Shown here in pieces: positions 1-13,710 of a stretch of 64,000 nt of DNA. Origin of the DNA: Octopus vulgaris (lineage: Eukaryota); contig OX597814.1 in the NCBI GenBank assembly GCA_951406725.2, positions 177,816,001 through 177,880,000 of the forward strand. The letters run 5' to 3'. Each line of letters starts with the position of its first letter. Position 1 is the stretch's first letter. Made by a program: the position numbers and the translations under genes. Below the pieces are notes generated by a model. That model made no database searches and was not told the origin of the DNA. It worked only from the letters and a program-made list of their open reading frames with translations.

Positions 1-845
1 CAGTTTCCAAAAAGGGAAACAAATCCCTTGCAGTGAACTACCGACCGATCTTGCTCAATTCTGATATCACCAAGGTATTTGAGAGGGTGGTTTGATAACG
101 GATAACACACTTTCTTGAACGCAACAGACCAACCTAGGTTCGGTAATGGAAGGAACTGCCTAACGCAGCTCCTTTATCACCTTGATATTTTGAAATATTT
201 GGGAGAGGGCTCGGATACTGATGTCATCTAGCTTGATTTCAGAAAGCTCTTTGACAAGGTGGATCACAAGATCCCCTTGGAAAAACTATCCAGCATTGGT
301 GTCTCTGGAAATGTACTACAATAGATCAAGTCTTTCCTGACAGGCAGACACAACACGTTGTAGTCGAAAGAGTAAAATAGAGCTCAGCCAAAGTCAGTAG
401 TGGTGTTCCACAAGGCACTGTGTTCTGCCCACTTCTTTTCATCATCTACATCAATGACAGGCAGGGTGACAAAAGAAACTTTGCATACGATTCCAAGATC
501 CAGAAGGTCATCAATGAAGTTGGTGACCGGGCATACCTTCAGTATCATCTACTGGCTGTCATCCAATAGCGGAAAAGAATAATATGCTACTGAACAAGGA
601 GAAACTTGAGTTAATCCACTTCATAAAAAAGGATATCCTGAAACTCCCATACTCCCTTCGTTCACGTGAAATTCATGGCATCTAAAAATATCAGAGACTT
701 GGGAGTAATTGTGGAAAACAGCAACAGCTGGGCCGCTCAGATAAACAGTAAAGTTGACATGGCCCGAAGAATGTGCTCCTGGATTCGCAAAAGTTTCCAG
801 TCCAGAGATGTTCACACTATAATCCTTCAATTTTCTACTTACTCA
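1..845 (+). mobile_element. Decayed CR1/L2-group LINE reverse transcriptase fragment
   Basis: Frameshifted translation gives NYRPI, LDFRKLFDKVDHKI, SGVPQGTV, LLFIIYIND and NIRDLGVIV motifs with several stops. Clearly homologous to the ORF at 42301-43542. Confidence 0.9.
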
Positions 846-954
846 GCATTACCTGACACCTTTGGGCCTTCTTGACAAAATTAACTTTATTATATATATA
901 ATAAAGGAAAGAAATTTATATATATATATATTTATATAATAAAGGAAAGAAATT

Positions 955-1009
<55 letters not shown>

Positions 1010-1484
1010 GTAACAAATCATACTTTCTTAAGCAGGAGGGAGAGGGAAACACAAGATAAAGCTGAAGAGAAGCAAATGTGATTTGTTTGCAAAAATGTTT
1101 AATGTAGGAGGAAAATGAATATAGAATCCGTTAATCGTATCAAAATTAAGATTGAATGCATTTTTTTCTGGACATCAATCTATGCATCGGTCTACAGAAT
1201 ACCATGAGTGTGTGAGTGTTTCTACATGCTTGTCTCTGTATTCCTGTATTTCTGTATTGTTTTGTTCGTTCGTGTGCGATAGCCGAATTAGTTTACGACT
1301 TACTGTGTTTAGAAAAAAATTGTGATAGACCATAAGAAGGATTAATATATGTGCGCGTGTACGTATATCGTATTATTTATGTGTGAATATATGCACAGAA
1401 TTAATCGTGTGTGTGTACATACGCATGGTATAATTTATATGTGTATATACGTAAGATATAATTTATGTGTCTATATACTGTTGA

Positions 1485-1730
1485 TTCTTGTTTCAGTCAT
1501 CGGACTGCGGCCATGCTGAGGCGCTGTCTTCAATGTTAAGTCGAATAAATCTTATCTCAGTACTTAGTTTTTAAGCCTGGTCATTCTCTATCACAATCTT
1601 TACTGAACCGCTAGTATACGGTGGCCTGAAGTTATAAGGGAAGACGCTCACCTAGGGTGACGCACTGTGGGAACCAAAACCATATGTTTGAAAAGTGAGC
1701 TCCTTATCCACATAGCCAAACCTGCATCTA
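1485..1730 (-). mobile_element. Diverged SINE family A copy
   Basis: ttgtttcagtcat..actgcggccatgctg, gaaccgcta and gggaaccaaaac..atccacatagcc match the reverse complement of family A. Confidence 0.65.
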
Positions 1731-1760
1731 AGAAAACATCTGAATAGTTCTTCAGTTATA

Positions 1761-2121
1761 TCCCTATATATATAAAAGGCAGGATGTGTCAGTGTGTGTT
1801 CTACGTTAATGTAATTTATGCACGTCCACAAATTAGCACGCATGTTGATCCAATTTTAGGAGGACATTCGTCATGGTCCTAGCTGTATTTTCGTCGACTT
1901 ATTTTTACCAGAGGCACCAGTGAATGGCAGCAAAAATAATTTTTCAACCAAAACTTTTAACAATTTTCAAGTCGGAGAAATCACCATTGTTTGCGAACAG
2001 GAGTTAAGTCCCCTTCGCTACTTACCGTCTGTTCGAAGGATTATTTACCTAAATTCAGTGGAATACATCCACCGGTTTTTCGAACAGACGGTCAGTAGCG
2101 ACGCCTGCTGGGTTCGGCTAA
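1761..2121 (+). mobile_element. Non-autonomous Helitron-like element
   Basis: Begins A|TC (tccctatatatataaaag). Ends with a subterminal hairpin cagtag-cgacgc-ctgctg followed by CTAA|T (CTRR). No TSD. Confidence 0.65.
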
Positions 2122-2165
2122 TCTGCATTGATAAAGGACAAATGCCCTGAAACATGTCTGCAGAT
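2121..2165 (+). ncRNA. Minimal type I hammerhead ribozyme, U3-A8 core variant
   Basis: atctgca-TTGATAA-aggacaaatgccct-GAAA-catg-TC-tgcagat: 7-bp stem I, stem II agg/cct, palindromic stem III ACATGT, GUC triplet. Confidence 0.75.
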
Positions 2166-3591
2166 GCCTGAACATCAAGGTGAAGTGGCTGACCTCCCCT
2201 GTTCGAAGGTTATAATGGACACAGATTCGTGTGTCACATAGCTAGCTAGAGGCGATGGTCTCTTGGAGCTAATCAACGGCAGCTCTCGTCCTATATATTT
2301 GGACTGCCATATTAGCTTGGCGATAACTATTAATAATTATCTCTACATTATGCATAGGTTAGTGAGTTTTAAGTGAAGATGGTTAATCAATTATATCGAT
2401 CGTAGTACTGGTCTGGCCTCTTATTTTCTCGACTCCGAAAGCATGAAAAACAGATTCGACACCGGTAGGGTTTGAACCCGAAACGTATAGCAACGTAAGA
2501 AAATACCACAAATTCTGGAAAATCTTCGCAACGACGAAAATAATTTCAAGTAAATGAAGACAACTAACTTGAAGTATCAAACGAGTTGTAAATGTGTCAA
2601 TTAGTATTAGGTTTCCCGCCCGTTTTTAATACTAATGTCTACGCACTTGAGTTATGACGGGTGAGGCGTAGATTGTTCGTTTGAAGATCTTTATCATCAT
2701 GAAACAGCCCGTAACTAGGTATATGATACTATGCTATTGAGATGTATCTTACATAAGAACATATGATACCGAGGAGTGGTCGTTAAATGAGTTTAGATCG
2801 TTCTTTCCTCGACTCTTTTGTATCCCGTCATGCAATTGCAAACACTCACATCCAGAAACAGAAACACATCTACATGTACATCATCTTCAGAGGCTACACG
2901 GAACACCTGCTCCCCACTCTCTCACTGTCTGCGCGTACATATATATATGTGTATGCGCGTGTGTCTGTGTGTTTGTGTGTGCCCGCACGCAGATGTAATC
3001 TAGATAGGTTTCATAATCACAGAGTTTCTACGCTAATACTGCTTATCTATGCACTTGTTGCTCTTTCTCTGACAATAGCTTAATTGCGTCAACCTTCAAA
3101 TGAATATATCAAGATTGTTTACGTCGTTAATCGGTGATCCAACTTGGTCTTATCCATAATGAGTTAAAGTAAAATGAATAACAAATATATAATCACGAAA
3201 CTTAAAGTTAGTATATTATTTTACAAGTATGAGTCCCTTTTCCCAAACTACGAGGTTGGTAGCAGACGGCATATGTAGAGCGCCCAACGAACAAATCAAA
3301 TGGATAGGTTAATAAGTAAAGTGTGTGAAATAATCCATGGTTGTGTGTCAAATTTATAGCTGAAGAGATAAAATATGTTGAAAAAATAGTAATATTTACG
3401 CATTGGTGGTTAGACACAGTTCAAACGCGGATGGCTGAAGTGGGAAGGGAAATCAACAAGATTTAGACACGGAAATTAACGCGACGGAAAATAACTAGTG
3501 GCCTCCACGTAATCGATTACATGTGTGACTTTAGCATCTCAGTGCGACTGATATTTCTGCAAATGAAACCAATAACATAATAATAATAATA

Positions 3592-3636
<45 letters not shown>

Positions 3637-3648
3637 TACATTATTTTG

Positions 3649-4121
3649 TCTTGGTATAAAAGATGGGCTACAGCAAATATTCTGCTCAGAACCACAGATT
3701 TCCTTGTCAGTTGTTTGATCTTAACAAGTTGAGCATGTCCCTTAGTGGCTGACGATATGTGCTTCTCTCATCAAGAGCAGAAGTAGTGGGGGATCATCAT
3801 AGCCATGTATTGAGAGGGATGTTTGGGGTTTGGATAATTCACTTCTGGAAGTATGGGTGTTTCATTCAACATCCTTAAACAACCCTTATCCAGGATCCTT
3901 TTGAGCGGGATGGGTTACTCGACCAGAAGAAAATTCTAACTGGGCCCCACCCGCAAGGTCATGTGCTGTTTATCTTGATATGAGATCATCATGTCGCGCA
4001 CATATGGTTGTGATGCATGAGCCTAGTGTTCCCTTATCGGACGGGTAGTCATGATAGGTATACTGAGCTTTGCATATTTTACCATAGTGTCACTTGGATG
4101 GCATGCACTGCTCGCTCACTC
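3649..4121. mobile_element. Family C ~470-bp interspersed repeat flanked by (AAT)n/(GAT)n
   Basis: Near full-length second copy at 56834-57270 and reverse-complement partial copy at 6900-7070. Confidence 0.8.
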
Positions 4122-4203
4122 AATAATAATAATAATAATAATAGTAATAATCATAATAATGATAATAATAATAGTATTAATCATAATAATGATGATAATA
4201 ACA

Positions 4204-4249
<46 letters not shown>

Positions 4250-4262
4250 TAATAATAATAAC

Positions 4263-4295
<33 letters not shown>
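4122..4295. repeat. (AAT)n microsatellite
   Basis: Seen directly. It produces the poly-N and poly-I pseudo-ORFs. Confidence 0.95.
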
Positions 4296-4488
4296 CCTTT
4301 CTACTATAGGCACAAGGCCTGAAATTTATGGGGTGGGGGCCATTCGATTATATCGATTCCATTAAGCAGCTGGAACTTAATTTATCGACACCGAGAGTAT
4401 GAAAGGCCAAGTCGACCTCGGCGGAATTTGAACTCAGAACGTTACGACGGACGAAATACTGCTAAGCATTTCGCCCCTAGCTCGCCTT
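4296..4488 (-). mobile_element. SINE family B copy (variant tail)
   Basis: gtcgacctcggcggaatttgaactcagaac core shared with the 12289-12705 copy. Confidence 0.8.
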
Positions 4489-5168
4489 GTACGTGTGTGT
4501 CAGTGTAGATATGTGTACTTTGGGTAAAGAGAAAATAAAGAGAATAAATGCAAGTAGCCAGAGAACGCTCTGCATTTTTACATGTATTTCAATGTCCTTC
4601 TTCTTGAATTCACATCTAGGAAGAGCCTACTAAAATATTTAGTGTTGTTGCCGTTATTGCTATTAATTCTGTGTTTGTTGTTGTTGCTTAATCCATGTTA
4701 CCTCTTGCCGCGAAGAGCTTTGATTAGTGTCATTTAATACAATGGTACCCCATTCTTTGTTAATAACTAGATCCACATTATATATAGCTAAGTCTACTCT
4801 ACCCAATGCAACTCTACTTTAAAATAGGTTATGATTTGTTAGAATTTGGGTGTTATTTCTAGTAGTTTTAACAATTGTTTAATGGTCCCTGTGTTGGCAA
4901 GTTGAGTGGTTGGCTGGTTGTTATAAATAAAATAATCAAACCTTTTCAGTATAAGAACTTTCACATCACCGTTTCTATCTCCAGTATATAAATCAGTCCT
5001 TATTGCTATTTCAAAATGCGAAACGGAATAAAATTGACTATGAATAAATGACAAAAAGAAAAAATATATATATAATAAAATAAAATCGAAGTGAAAAAGA
5101 TTCTTCTGTTATTGACATCTAGTTGAAGGGAGGAATAACTGAATAAAAATATCAAATAAATAATACAT

Positions 5169-5213
<45 letters not shown>

Positions 5214-5699
5214 AAAAAGTGCTCAACATGACCATTGGCAGATAAAAATTCATTATTAATGGGTTAAAGCTATCGATGGTTTAATGTTAACAGTTATCAA
5301 GCCTTCCACATGGAACATCTGTGTTCATCTCCATCTTGGATTAAAACAGTTATTTTAATGCAGTATTAATAATTCGCTTAGGTAATGCGATGCTAATAAT
5401 CTAGTGTCCCTTAGACATTGTAATGTCAATAACGTGGTGTTATATACTTATGCTTATGTACGAAGCATCAGTCGAGTAGACGGCGGTAAAAATTTTCAGA
5501 GTCAATATCCATTAACAAGGTTGTAAAAACAATGGACATTTTTGGAGTACACAATATAATAAAAAATAAATTAGTGAAAATTGAACCGATGAGTATGTTA
5601 GATATCATGGTAGTATGATTCTCCTGAGACACAACACAATTTGTTTCAAGACACGAATTCACATAAGGAATCTTGCAAACCAGATACATAATCGAAGTA

Positions 5700-5925
5700 T
5701 ATATATGTTTGTTTTTGTCCCCCCAACCACCACTTGACAACAAGTGTTGTTTTGTTTACGTCCCAGTAACATTGTGGTTCGGCAAAAGGGATGATAGGAT
5801 AAGTAGTACTAGGCTTCAATAATAATAATAAAAAAGTACTACATTCGATTTGTTCGACCTAACTCTTCACGTCGGTATTATAATATGGCCATATGGCCAC
5901 AGTCCAATGAGTGAAACTAGTAAAT
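5700..5925 (+). mobile_element. 3' half of SINE family A
   Basis: tttgtccccc..cttgacaac..ggttcggcaaaag..ataagta..tgagtgaaactagtaaa matches the family A 3' half. Confidence 0.65.
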
Positions 5926-6358
5926 GTAAAACAATGTAAACCAGTTTGTTTCCGATCCACTTCGTTACAGAGCGACGGAACTATAAGTATGGTTGCCTCA
6001 ATCAATTCCATTAGGTTTTGAGTTCTAAAACATTTATTGCCAATGTTAAATAATTTGTCTCAAAATACCTAATCCTTTTTGTCTGCCGTTGCTCAAAATT
6101 AATTGTTTTAATTCTGACAATTATTTATCAATAACACATATATACTATTTTATTACTATTTTTGAGCGAATATTTTCGGTCAATTTTCCAGAGAGGACAT
6201 GTGATCGATTTTATCGATCAAGTAGTGATATTGATTTCTACTTGACTAGACAAATGTAGACAGCATCTAAAACGAGGTCATTCCGCTGATTCGTACAGAT
6301 CACTTGCCAATATCTTAAAACCAGTGGCTCACCAGACCAATTTCACAATTCTCAATTG

Positions 6359-6400
<42 letters not shown>

Positions 6401-6571
6401 CTCCAAAACCACCAGCAAAATCATCACTAAGGGACTAAAACACAAAAACCCCGTCTGCCAGTGATTTGACAAAGACTTGAGAGCAATAAAAAGGTCCTTG
6501 TAAATGTCCCATTTTACCTAATTTTGTATTTTAATGCTCCGTTTTCGAGCCCTTGTGATTAATAAAGAAAA

Positions 6572-6644
<73 letters not shown>

Positions 6645-6645
6645 A

Positions 6646-6836
6646 GGCGGCGAGCCAGAAGAATCGACAGTAGCATTTCGTCCGTCTTTACGTTCTCAGT
6701 TCAAATTTCACCGTGGTCGACTTTATCTTTTATCCTTTCGGATTCGATACAATAAGAAGCAGTTGAAATTACTTGGTTCGTTGTAAGCGACTATCCCCTC
6801 GCCCCAAATTTCAGACCTGTGCCTATAGTAGAAAAG

Positions 6837-6899
<63 letters not shown>

Positions 6900-7440
6900 G
6901 GGTGAGAGAGCAGCGCATGCCATCAAAGTGACACTGGGGTCAAATATACGAAGCCCAGTATACCCATCATGACTACCCGTCTTATAACGTTACACCAGGC
7001 ACATGCATCACAACCATATGTGCGGGACATGGTGATCTCATATCAAGATAAACGGCGCATGACCTTGCAGATTTTCAGTACCTCGAACGTTTAAATTCAA
7101 ATTCTTGCGTGGTCGACTTTACCTTTCATTTTTCCGAAGTCGATGAAATAAGCACCACCTGAACAATGAGAGCGATGTAATTGGTTTACCCCCTGCCCTA
7201 GAATTGCTGGTCTTCTCATACAATTTGATACCATTGCTTATCAAGCTGGCGTGCTGTCAGAAGTGTTAGCAGCGCGGACAAAATGATTTTGTCCGCCTTT
7301 ACAATCAGACTTCAAATTCCGCCGAGTTCGACATTACCTTTCATTTATAGGGACTGATAAAGTGCCAATTAAGCACAGGGATGATTGTAACCAGCTTATC
7401 TCCTCCACTGGAATTTGCTGGCCTTGTGCTAAGATTTAAA
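6646..7440 (+). mobile_element. Cluster: SINE B (6646-6836), (ATT)n, family C fragment (6900-7070), two decayed SINE B copies (7085-7440)
   Basis: Repeated ttcaaatt..gtcgactt..ctttc cores, plus the reverse complement of about 3950-4121. Confidence 0.75.
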
Positions 7441-7441
7441 A

Positions 7442-7494
<53 letters not shown>

Positions 7495-7658
7495 GCCACC
7501 GTATTACTATTGCTCTTGTTGTCGTTGTCGAACAATGGAAGATTGAAGATAAAAGAAATTATCACTGCAACTCAAAACGAACAGGTTTCTGGAGATACGA
7601 TAGTATTATATTTTCTTATAATAAGTAAAAAATATTTCCCTGTTTCCAGCACACATAC

Positions 7659-7694
<36 letters not shown>

Positions 7695-8283
7695 CGTTAC
7701 AGGAAAGAGTAACAGCAGATTGAATATAGCCTTACGTTCATCACTCTATCTTCTCTTATCTTCAACAGCGATGCGTGTTGAGGTCATTGACAGTATGTAT
7801 GAAGGCAGTTAAGTACTATACATTTTTCAGTCATCACCACCAACACTTACTATACAAAATATCAGCACCGGACGTATCTATGCATTTATTCATGTATTGT
7901 ATTTTACAGATATTTTTCGAGTAAGTGAAATGAAGACATAAAACAATACTCTATTCAAAGAAGCCGTACAAGAAGATAATAGTGTGAAGTCAGTTATCGG
8001 CTGCACAACGTTGAATTGGTTGTAAAACGGAATTTATGAAAAAATTACTTTCACTTTTATATAGTATTCATAAAACAATTATATAAATATCAGTTCCACT
8101 AACTCCTTTTGTCTGTCTGTCTGCCTGCCTCTCCATCGATATCTCACTCACTATCATTTGTCTGTGTATGCGTTTGTTAATGTATTTATGTGTGCGTGTG
8201 TGTCGAGGTGTGTGTGCTACAGAAAACAAGTGAAATAGAAGCGTGTTGATTGAACCGTATGTGATATAATAGTTTTCTGAGCG

Positions 8284-8318
<35 letters not shown>

Positions 8319-8690
8319 CGTGAGTGTGTGAGAGAGAATATGTAGGTATGAATGAACGTGGCGAAATGGGTAGGTTGTTTGGCTCTTGATCATAAATTCA
8401 TAATTTCATTTCATCTGTAACGTGTACCAGCTGGATGCAATTAGCAAGCTGCATGTCGACTCAGAATGTCTATAAGGCTTTCAACATATACACACTTTCA
8501 GTTATAATATATACATACATACATGCATATATATATATATATATATATATTGCGGAGATGTACTTGCATAGCGAGTGACTTGATCTGAGATTGTGTGCTG
8601 GAACGAAAACAATTGCAGCGTGGAAGGTGTTAATAAGCCATTTAAGAAACACAAAAAAACCGTTTGATTCACTTCAACATTTAAATTTAA

Positions 8691-8725
8691 TTTGTCAAAA
8701 TATTTTCATCGTGTTCACTGACAAA
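8691..8725 (-). ncRNA. Hammerhead remnant, G3-C8 core variant, stem II deleted, inside a ~190-bp insert between TA repeats (8551-8740)
   Basis: Minus strand: tttgtca-GTGAACA-cgat-GAAA-atat-TT-tgacaaa. 7-bp stem I, palindromic stem III AATATT. Confidence 0.55.
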
Positions 8726-8740
8726 ACTATACGTATATAT

Positions 8741-9321
<581 letters not shown>

Positions 9322-10021
9322 TTAGCCCCATACCATTTAAAATTGACTGACTCATCGAGCTCAGGCAAAAGAAAGGTGAAAGTTCAAGATAGTTAGTGGA
9401 AACTTAGCTGTTATGTTGATTATAGTATTGAAAATATCAGCGACATTAAATATATTAAAATAGAGAAAAACAGAATGAACTAAACAGAAGAGGAGGAAAC
9501 AGGTTGGACGGAGACACGCTGAAGGGGTCACAGAATGTGACGAAAGATTTTCAGATAAAAGACAAAATATGAACAATAATGAAGAGACAGTGCCTATGTT
9601 TATTTGTTGCACAAATACACAAAAAAAAAATGACCGTCCCAAAATATAACAATAAAATAGAGATTCGTATTTTCTATGTCTTGGACTGCCTGGCTCGAAA
9701 GGGTGTTGGTGGCATATCGTAGTCTGGAGAGCATGAATAGCGTCTCGTTGTCTAGAATATGTAAGAAACTGATGCGACATCTACTAGATGAGAAAGCAAT
9801 TTACTACATTTTTGCAAAAAAGTAGCGACAACCGAAGAAGAAATAGTAGTTACTAGCAACTTGGCATAATCGGAATACTTAAAAAATGTTTTGTACCCTT
9901 TGATATTTATAAATATGAAAAAATTAAAGAAAAATCCCCATGCAGTTCCAATCAGGTTTTATCTACTCTCGGCACGTGGGCCACCGAGTAATTCAATACT
10001 CAAATTTATATCACCTGGTAC

Positions 10022-10420
10022 GAGTGGCTGTGTGGTAAGTAACTTGCTAACGAACCACATGGTTCTAGGTTCAGTCCCACTGCGTGGCACCTTGGGCAAG
10101 TGTCTTCTACTATAGCCTCGGGCCGACCAAAGCCTTGTGAGTGGATTTGGTAGACGGAGTCTGAAAGAAGCCCATCGTATATATGCATATATATATGTGT
10201 GTGTATATGTTTGTGTGTCTGTGTTTGTCCCCACAACATTGCTTGACAACCGACGCTGGTGTGTTTACCTCCCCGTAACTTAGCGGTTCGGCAAAAGGGC
10301 CCGATGGAATAAGTACTGGGCTTACAAAGAATAAATCCTGGGTTCGATTTGGTCGCGTAAAGGCGGTACTCCAGCATGACCACAGACAAATGACTGAAAG
10401 AAGTAAAAGAGCAAAAGAGT
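10022..10420 (+). mobile_element. SINE family A, full length (tRNA-like head, internal (TA)/(TG) tract, gtaaaaga tail)
   Basis: A-box-like tggctgtgtggtaa and B-box-like ggttcagtccc. Highly similar to copies at 15114, 15922, 53655 and 62325. Confidence 0.9.
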
Positions 10421-11290
10421 TTCTGAATTACTTCATCAAGTGAAATTTAGAAGAAAGCACCTTTTTCCTTTCCGTAGAATATATCTTTCTGGTTTATTAC
10501 GGGGACAGATGGGTAAGGGGTAATTTCAGTAGTAAGTTACTGTACAATATGTATGATAATATGAACTTAGTGAACCAGTGTAATTTTTCCCAAAGAGAGA
10601 ATTCTTTGCATTTTACCGAAATCACATGCGCGCATGATACATGCATACATAATGTGTACATATGTATTTCAATGCATACGAGTACATGCAAACATATGTG
10701 TGTATGCATTCTTTCAAGATACGCACAGATAGAAACAAAAATACACTTTTCCCTAAAGAGGCAAATCATCAGAACACAAAGACTGATAAGCCCGTATTCA
10801 CAAACTAGCACAATATTCTTTGTCACTGTTTATGCTGCGCATATCTTATTACTTCTGTCTTGCTTGTCTCGTCTTGAGCTCTGAACACACGTTGTAATAG
10901 TGGGATCGTTGCGGTGACGTAGCTGACGTTTAAATCTGGCAGAAATTAACGAAGCGGATTTCTTCCCAAGAAATAAATATTTAGAGAAATTAAGAGGAAT
11001 CAAATTAAGAACGATATGAATACAATTATTCACCCAGAAAAAGTGACAATTAAAGCTGCCGTCTTAAATTCACACTACAGAGAATCGGAAAAGTACCGTG
11101 AATCATCGTAGCGACCTCTATAACTACTCTACCAATTCGTCGCTTCTGTTTCAGTATGTGAATTATTGAATTATTTTAAGTCAACTTATAAAGCAGTAAT
11201 GCATCCGCTGTCTGTATCACCGAGCTAATGTTTGTTTAACTTGCGTGTTTACCTTAGTTTCTCTTATTAGTTTTTTTAGCGTGTGTGTGC

Positions 11291-11357
<67 letters not shown>

Positions 11358-11719
11358 GGGGGTATATCTCCAAACTTAAAGGGAAAAATTCAATTTAGTA
11401 TTAAATCAAATTTCACAGTATAAATATATAAAATATAATTAAGTGATAAAACCACTATTATGCAACTCAAACAGTGATAGACATAAACCAATACATAAAT
11501 AACCAATATATATAATTTTAAAATATATATATATATATCTTATAACTAGATCTCAAAAGTATAAAATGAATGATAAATATATAATATAATATGTAAAACA
11601 CTACTACGTTTCATGGCTACAATTAAATTCGAAAAAAAAATTATATATATATTTTGGTTGTTTATGTATTGGTTTATGTCTATCACTATTTGAGTTGCAT
11701 AATAGTGGTTTTATCTCTA

Positions 11720-11722
<3 letters not shown>
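11358..11722 (-). mobile_element. Penelope-like pLTR fragment with ~85-bp inverted repeats and a hammerhead 3' half
   Basis: 11436-11519 is the reverse complement of 11637-11722. Minus strand GAAA-cgtag-TA at 11602-11612. Flanked by (TA)n/(TAA)n. Confidence 0.55.
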
Positions 11723-11783
<61 letters not shown>

Positions 11784-12288
11784 GATGTCGTTTGAGTATA
11801 TTTCTTTCTAATGTAATGTTATAAATTACGTAACACGAGCGCTTTTTATAATATACGTTTATTTGGTGTGTATTTTGGGGAGTAGTTTTTCGCACTGTGC
11901 AAATTTCTGTATTTATTTATATCCGCTTTCCTATTTGATTAAATCTGCTTTTAACCCGACACGTTCAGATATTTCATTTTTGAAATGTTTATATATAGAA
12001 TGTTTTTTTCTATTTATATTACTTCTGTTTTTTTTTTTCAGGGAGATAGTTTCATCGGATGGAATTGAAAGAATTACAAACAAATTTTTATGCGTTAATA
12101 CGTAGATGTGTGATTATTAAACGATAATGACTGAAGAAAAATTTATTAACTGACTTTCAGTATAAACAGGCATGTATCATATTAACGAGGTTTTAAACAT
12201 TTTCAGATAGATAAAATCTTTGCTATATAATATCAGCGATAAGGTCTTGTTTTCCTCCCACTCGCACAAACTCATACGCACATATATA

Positions 12289-12705
12289 CCTATTTCTTTA
12301 CTACCCACAAGGAGCTAAACACAGTGAGAACAAACAAGGACAGACAAACGGATTAAGTCGATTATATCGACCCCAGTCTATAACTGGTACTTAATTTATC
12401 GACCCCGAAAGGATAAAAGGCAAAGTCGACCTCGGCGTAATTTGAACTCAGAACGTAGCGGCAGACGAAATACCTATTTCTTTACTACCCACAAGGGGCT
12501 AAACACAAAGAGGACAAACAAGGGCAGACAAACGGATTAAGTCGATTATATCGACCCCAGTGCGTAACTGGTACTTAATTTATCGACCCCGAAAGGATGA
12601 AAGGCAAAGTCGACCTCGGCGGAATTTGAACTCAGAACGTAACGGCAGACGAAATACGGCTACGCATTTCGCCCGGCGTGCTAACGATTCTGCCAGCTCG
12701 CTGCC
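12289..12705 (-). mobile_element. SINE family B with ~183-bp tandem duplication of its 3' part
   Basis: tacctatttctttactacccacaagg..gcagacgaaa occurs twice. Head ggcagcgagctggcagaatcgttagcac. Confidence 0.9.
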
Positions 12706-13119
12706 TTATACGCACATATATACCAATGACCACATGCGCAAGCACAGAGATACACTACTATGTACACATGCACAGGCGAACGTCACGCAGACGTACTCAT
12801 AGAGGAAAAGAACCATGAAGGTCACACGAGAATATGTGGAACCAGTTAACTAGAATCCCCTCCACTATTATTGTTGCCAGTTCCAGCATCAACACTATCA
12901 CCTTCACCGTTGTGATCAACATAACAATAACCCTCATGATAATCCTCTTCGCCCACACCATATTCTCCTCCTCCTTCTTGCTTCATTACCATCGTCAATC
13001 TCAAAATCGCCATCTTCATCATCATCATCTACTCAACAAGCTCTCATTATATCACTCCGCCCCCGATATACAGTATATTTTTCGACCATGAACTGCTTAT
13101 CACCATTATCCGAGTACCG

Positions 13120-13710
13120 ATTATGATCAGCACCCTGATGATGTTGATGATGAAAATTAAGATGATGATAATGATGATGATGATGGTGATGATGATGATG
13201 ATGAAGATTAAGATGATGATGATGATGATGATGATGATAATGATGGTGATAATGATGTTGATTATGATGAAGATTATGATGATGATGATGATTAATATTA
13301 TGAGGGCCGAGAAAATTATTTTCATCACATTATCACCATCATGAGGATAATCATCATTAAAATCGCAGTAACAAAATGATGACGACTGAGAATAATGGAC
13401 AATCTGCGATAATAAGGGTGATCACCATCATTATTGTAATTATCGGTGCTCTAATGACATACATAATGACGACAATATTAATGATAATGACTTAGTAAAA
13501 AGATGGTGATGATGACGACAATGATGATCATGATGATAATGGTGGTAATGTCAGTGCTGGTGGTGATATTAACGATGACGCCGATGATGACGACGGAGCC
13601 AATGATAAAGAAGATGACGATAGAAGATGATTATGATATGTGATGACGATTGTGATGATAGAGGTGAGGACAAAGGTAGCGACAAAGATGAGGCTGATGA
13701 AAATGATGAT
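13120..13710. repeat. Degenerate (GAT)n low-complexity tract
   Basis: Seen directly. It produces the poly-M/I/D pseudo-ORFs. Confidence 0.85.

Noticed and set aside
10022-10095. tRNA gene
   Set aside because: A/B-box-like head of a multi-copy SINE with no complete cloverleaf.
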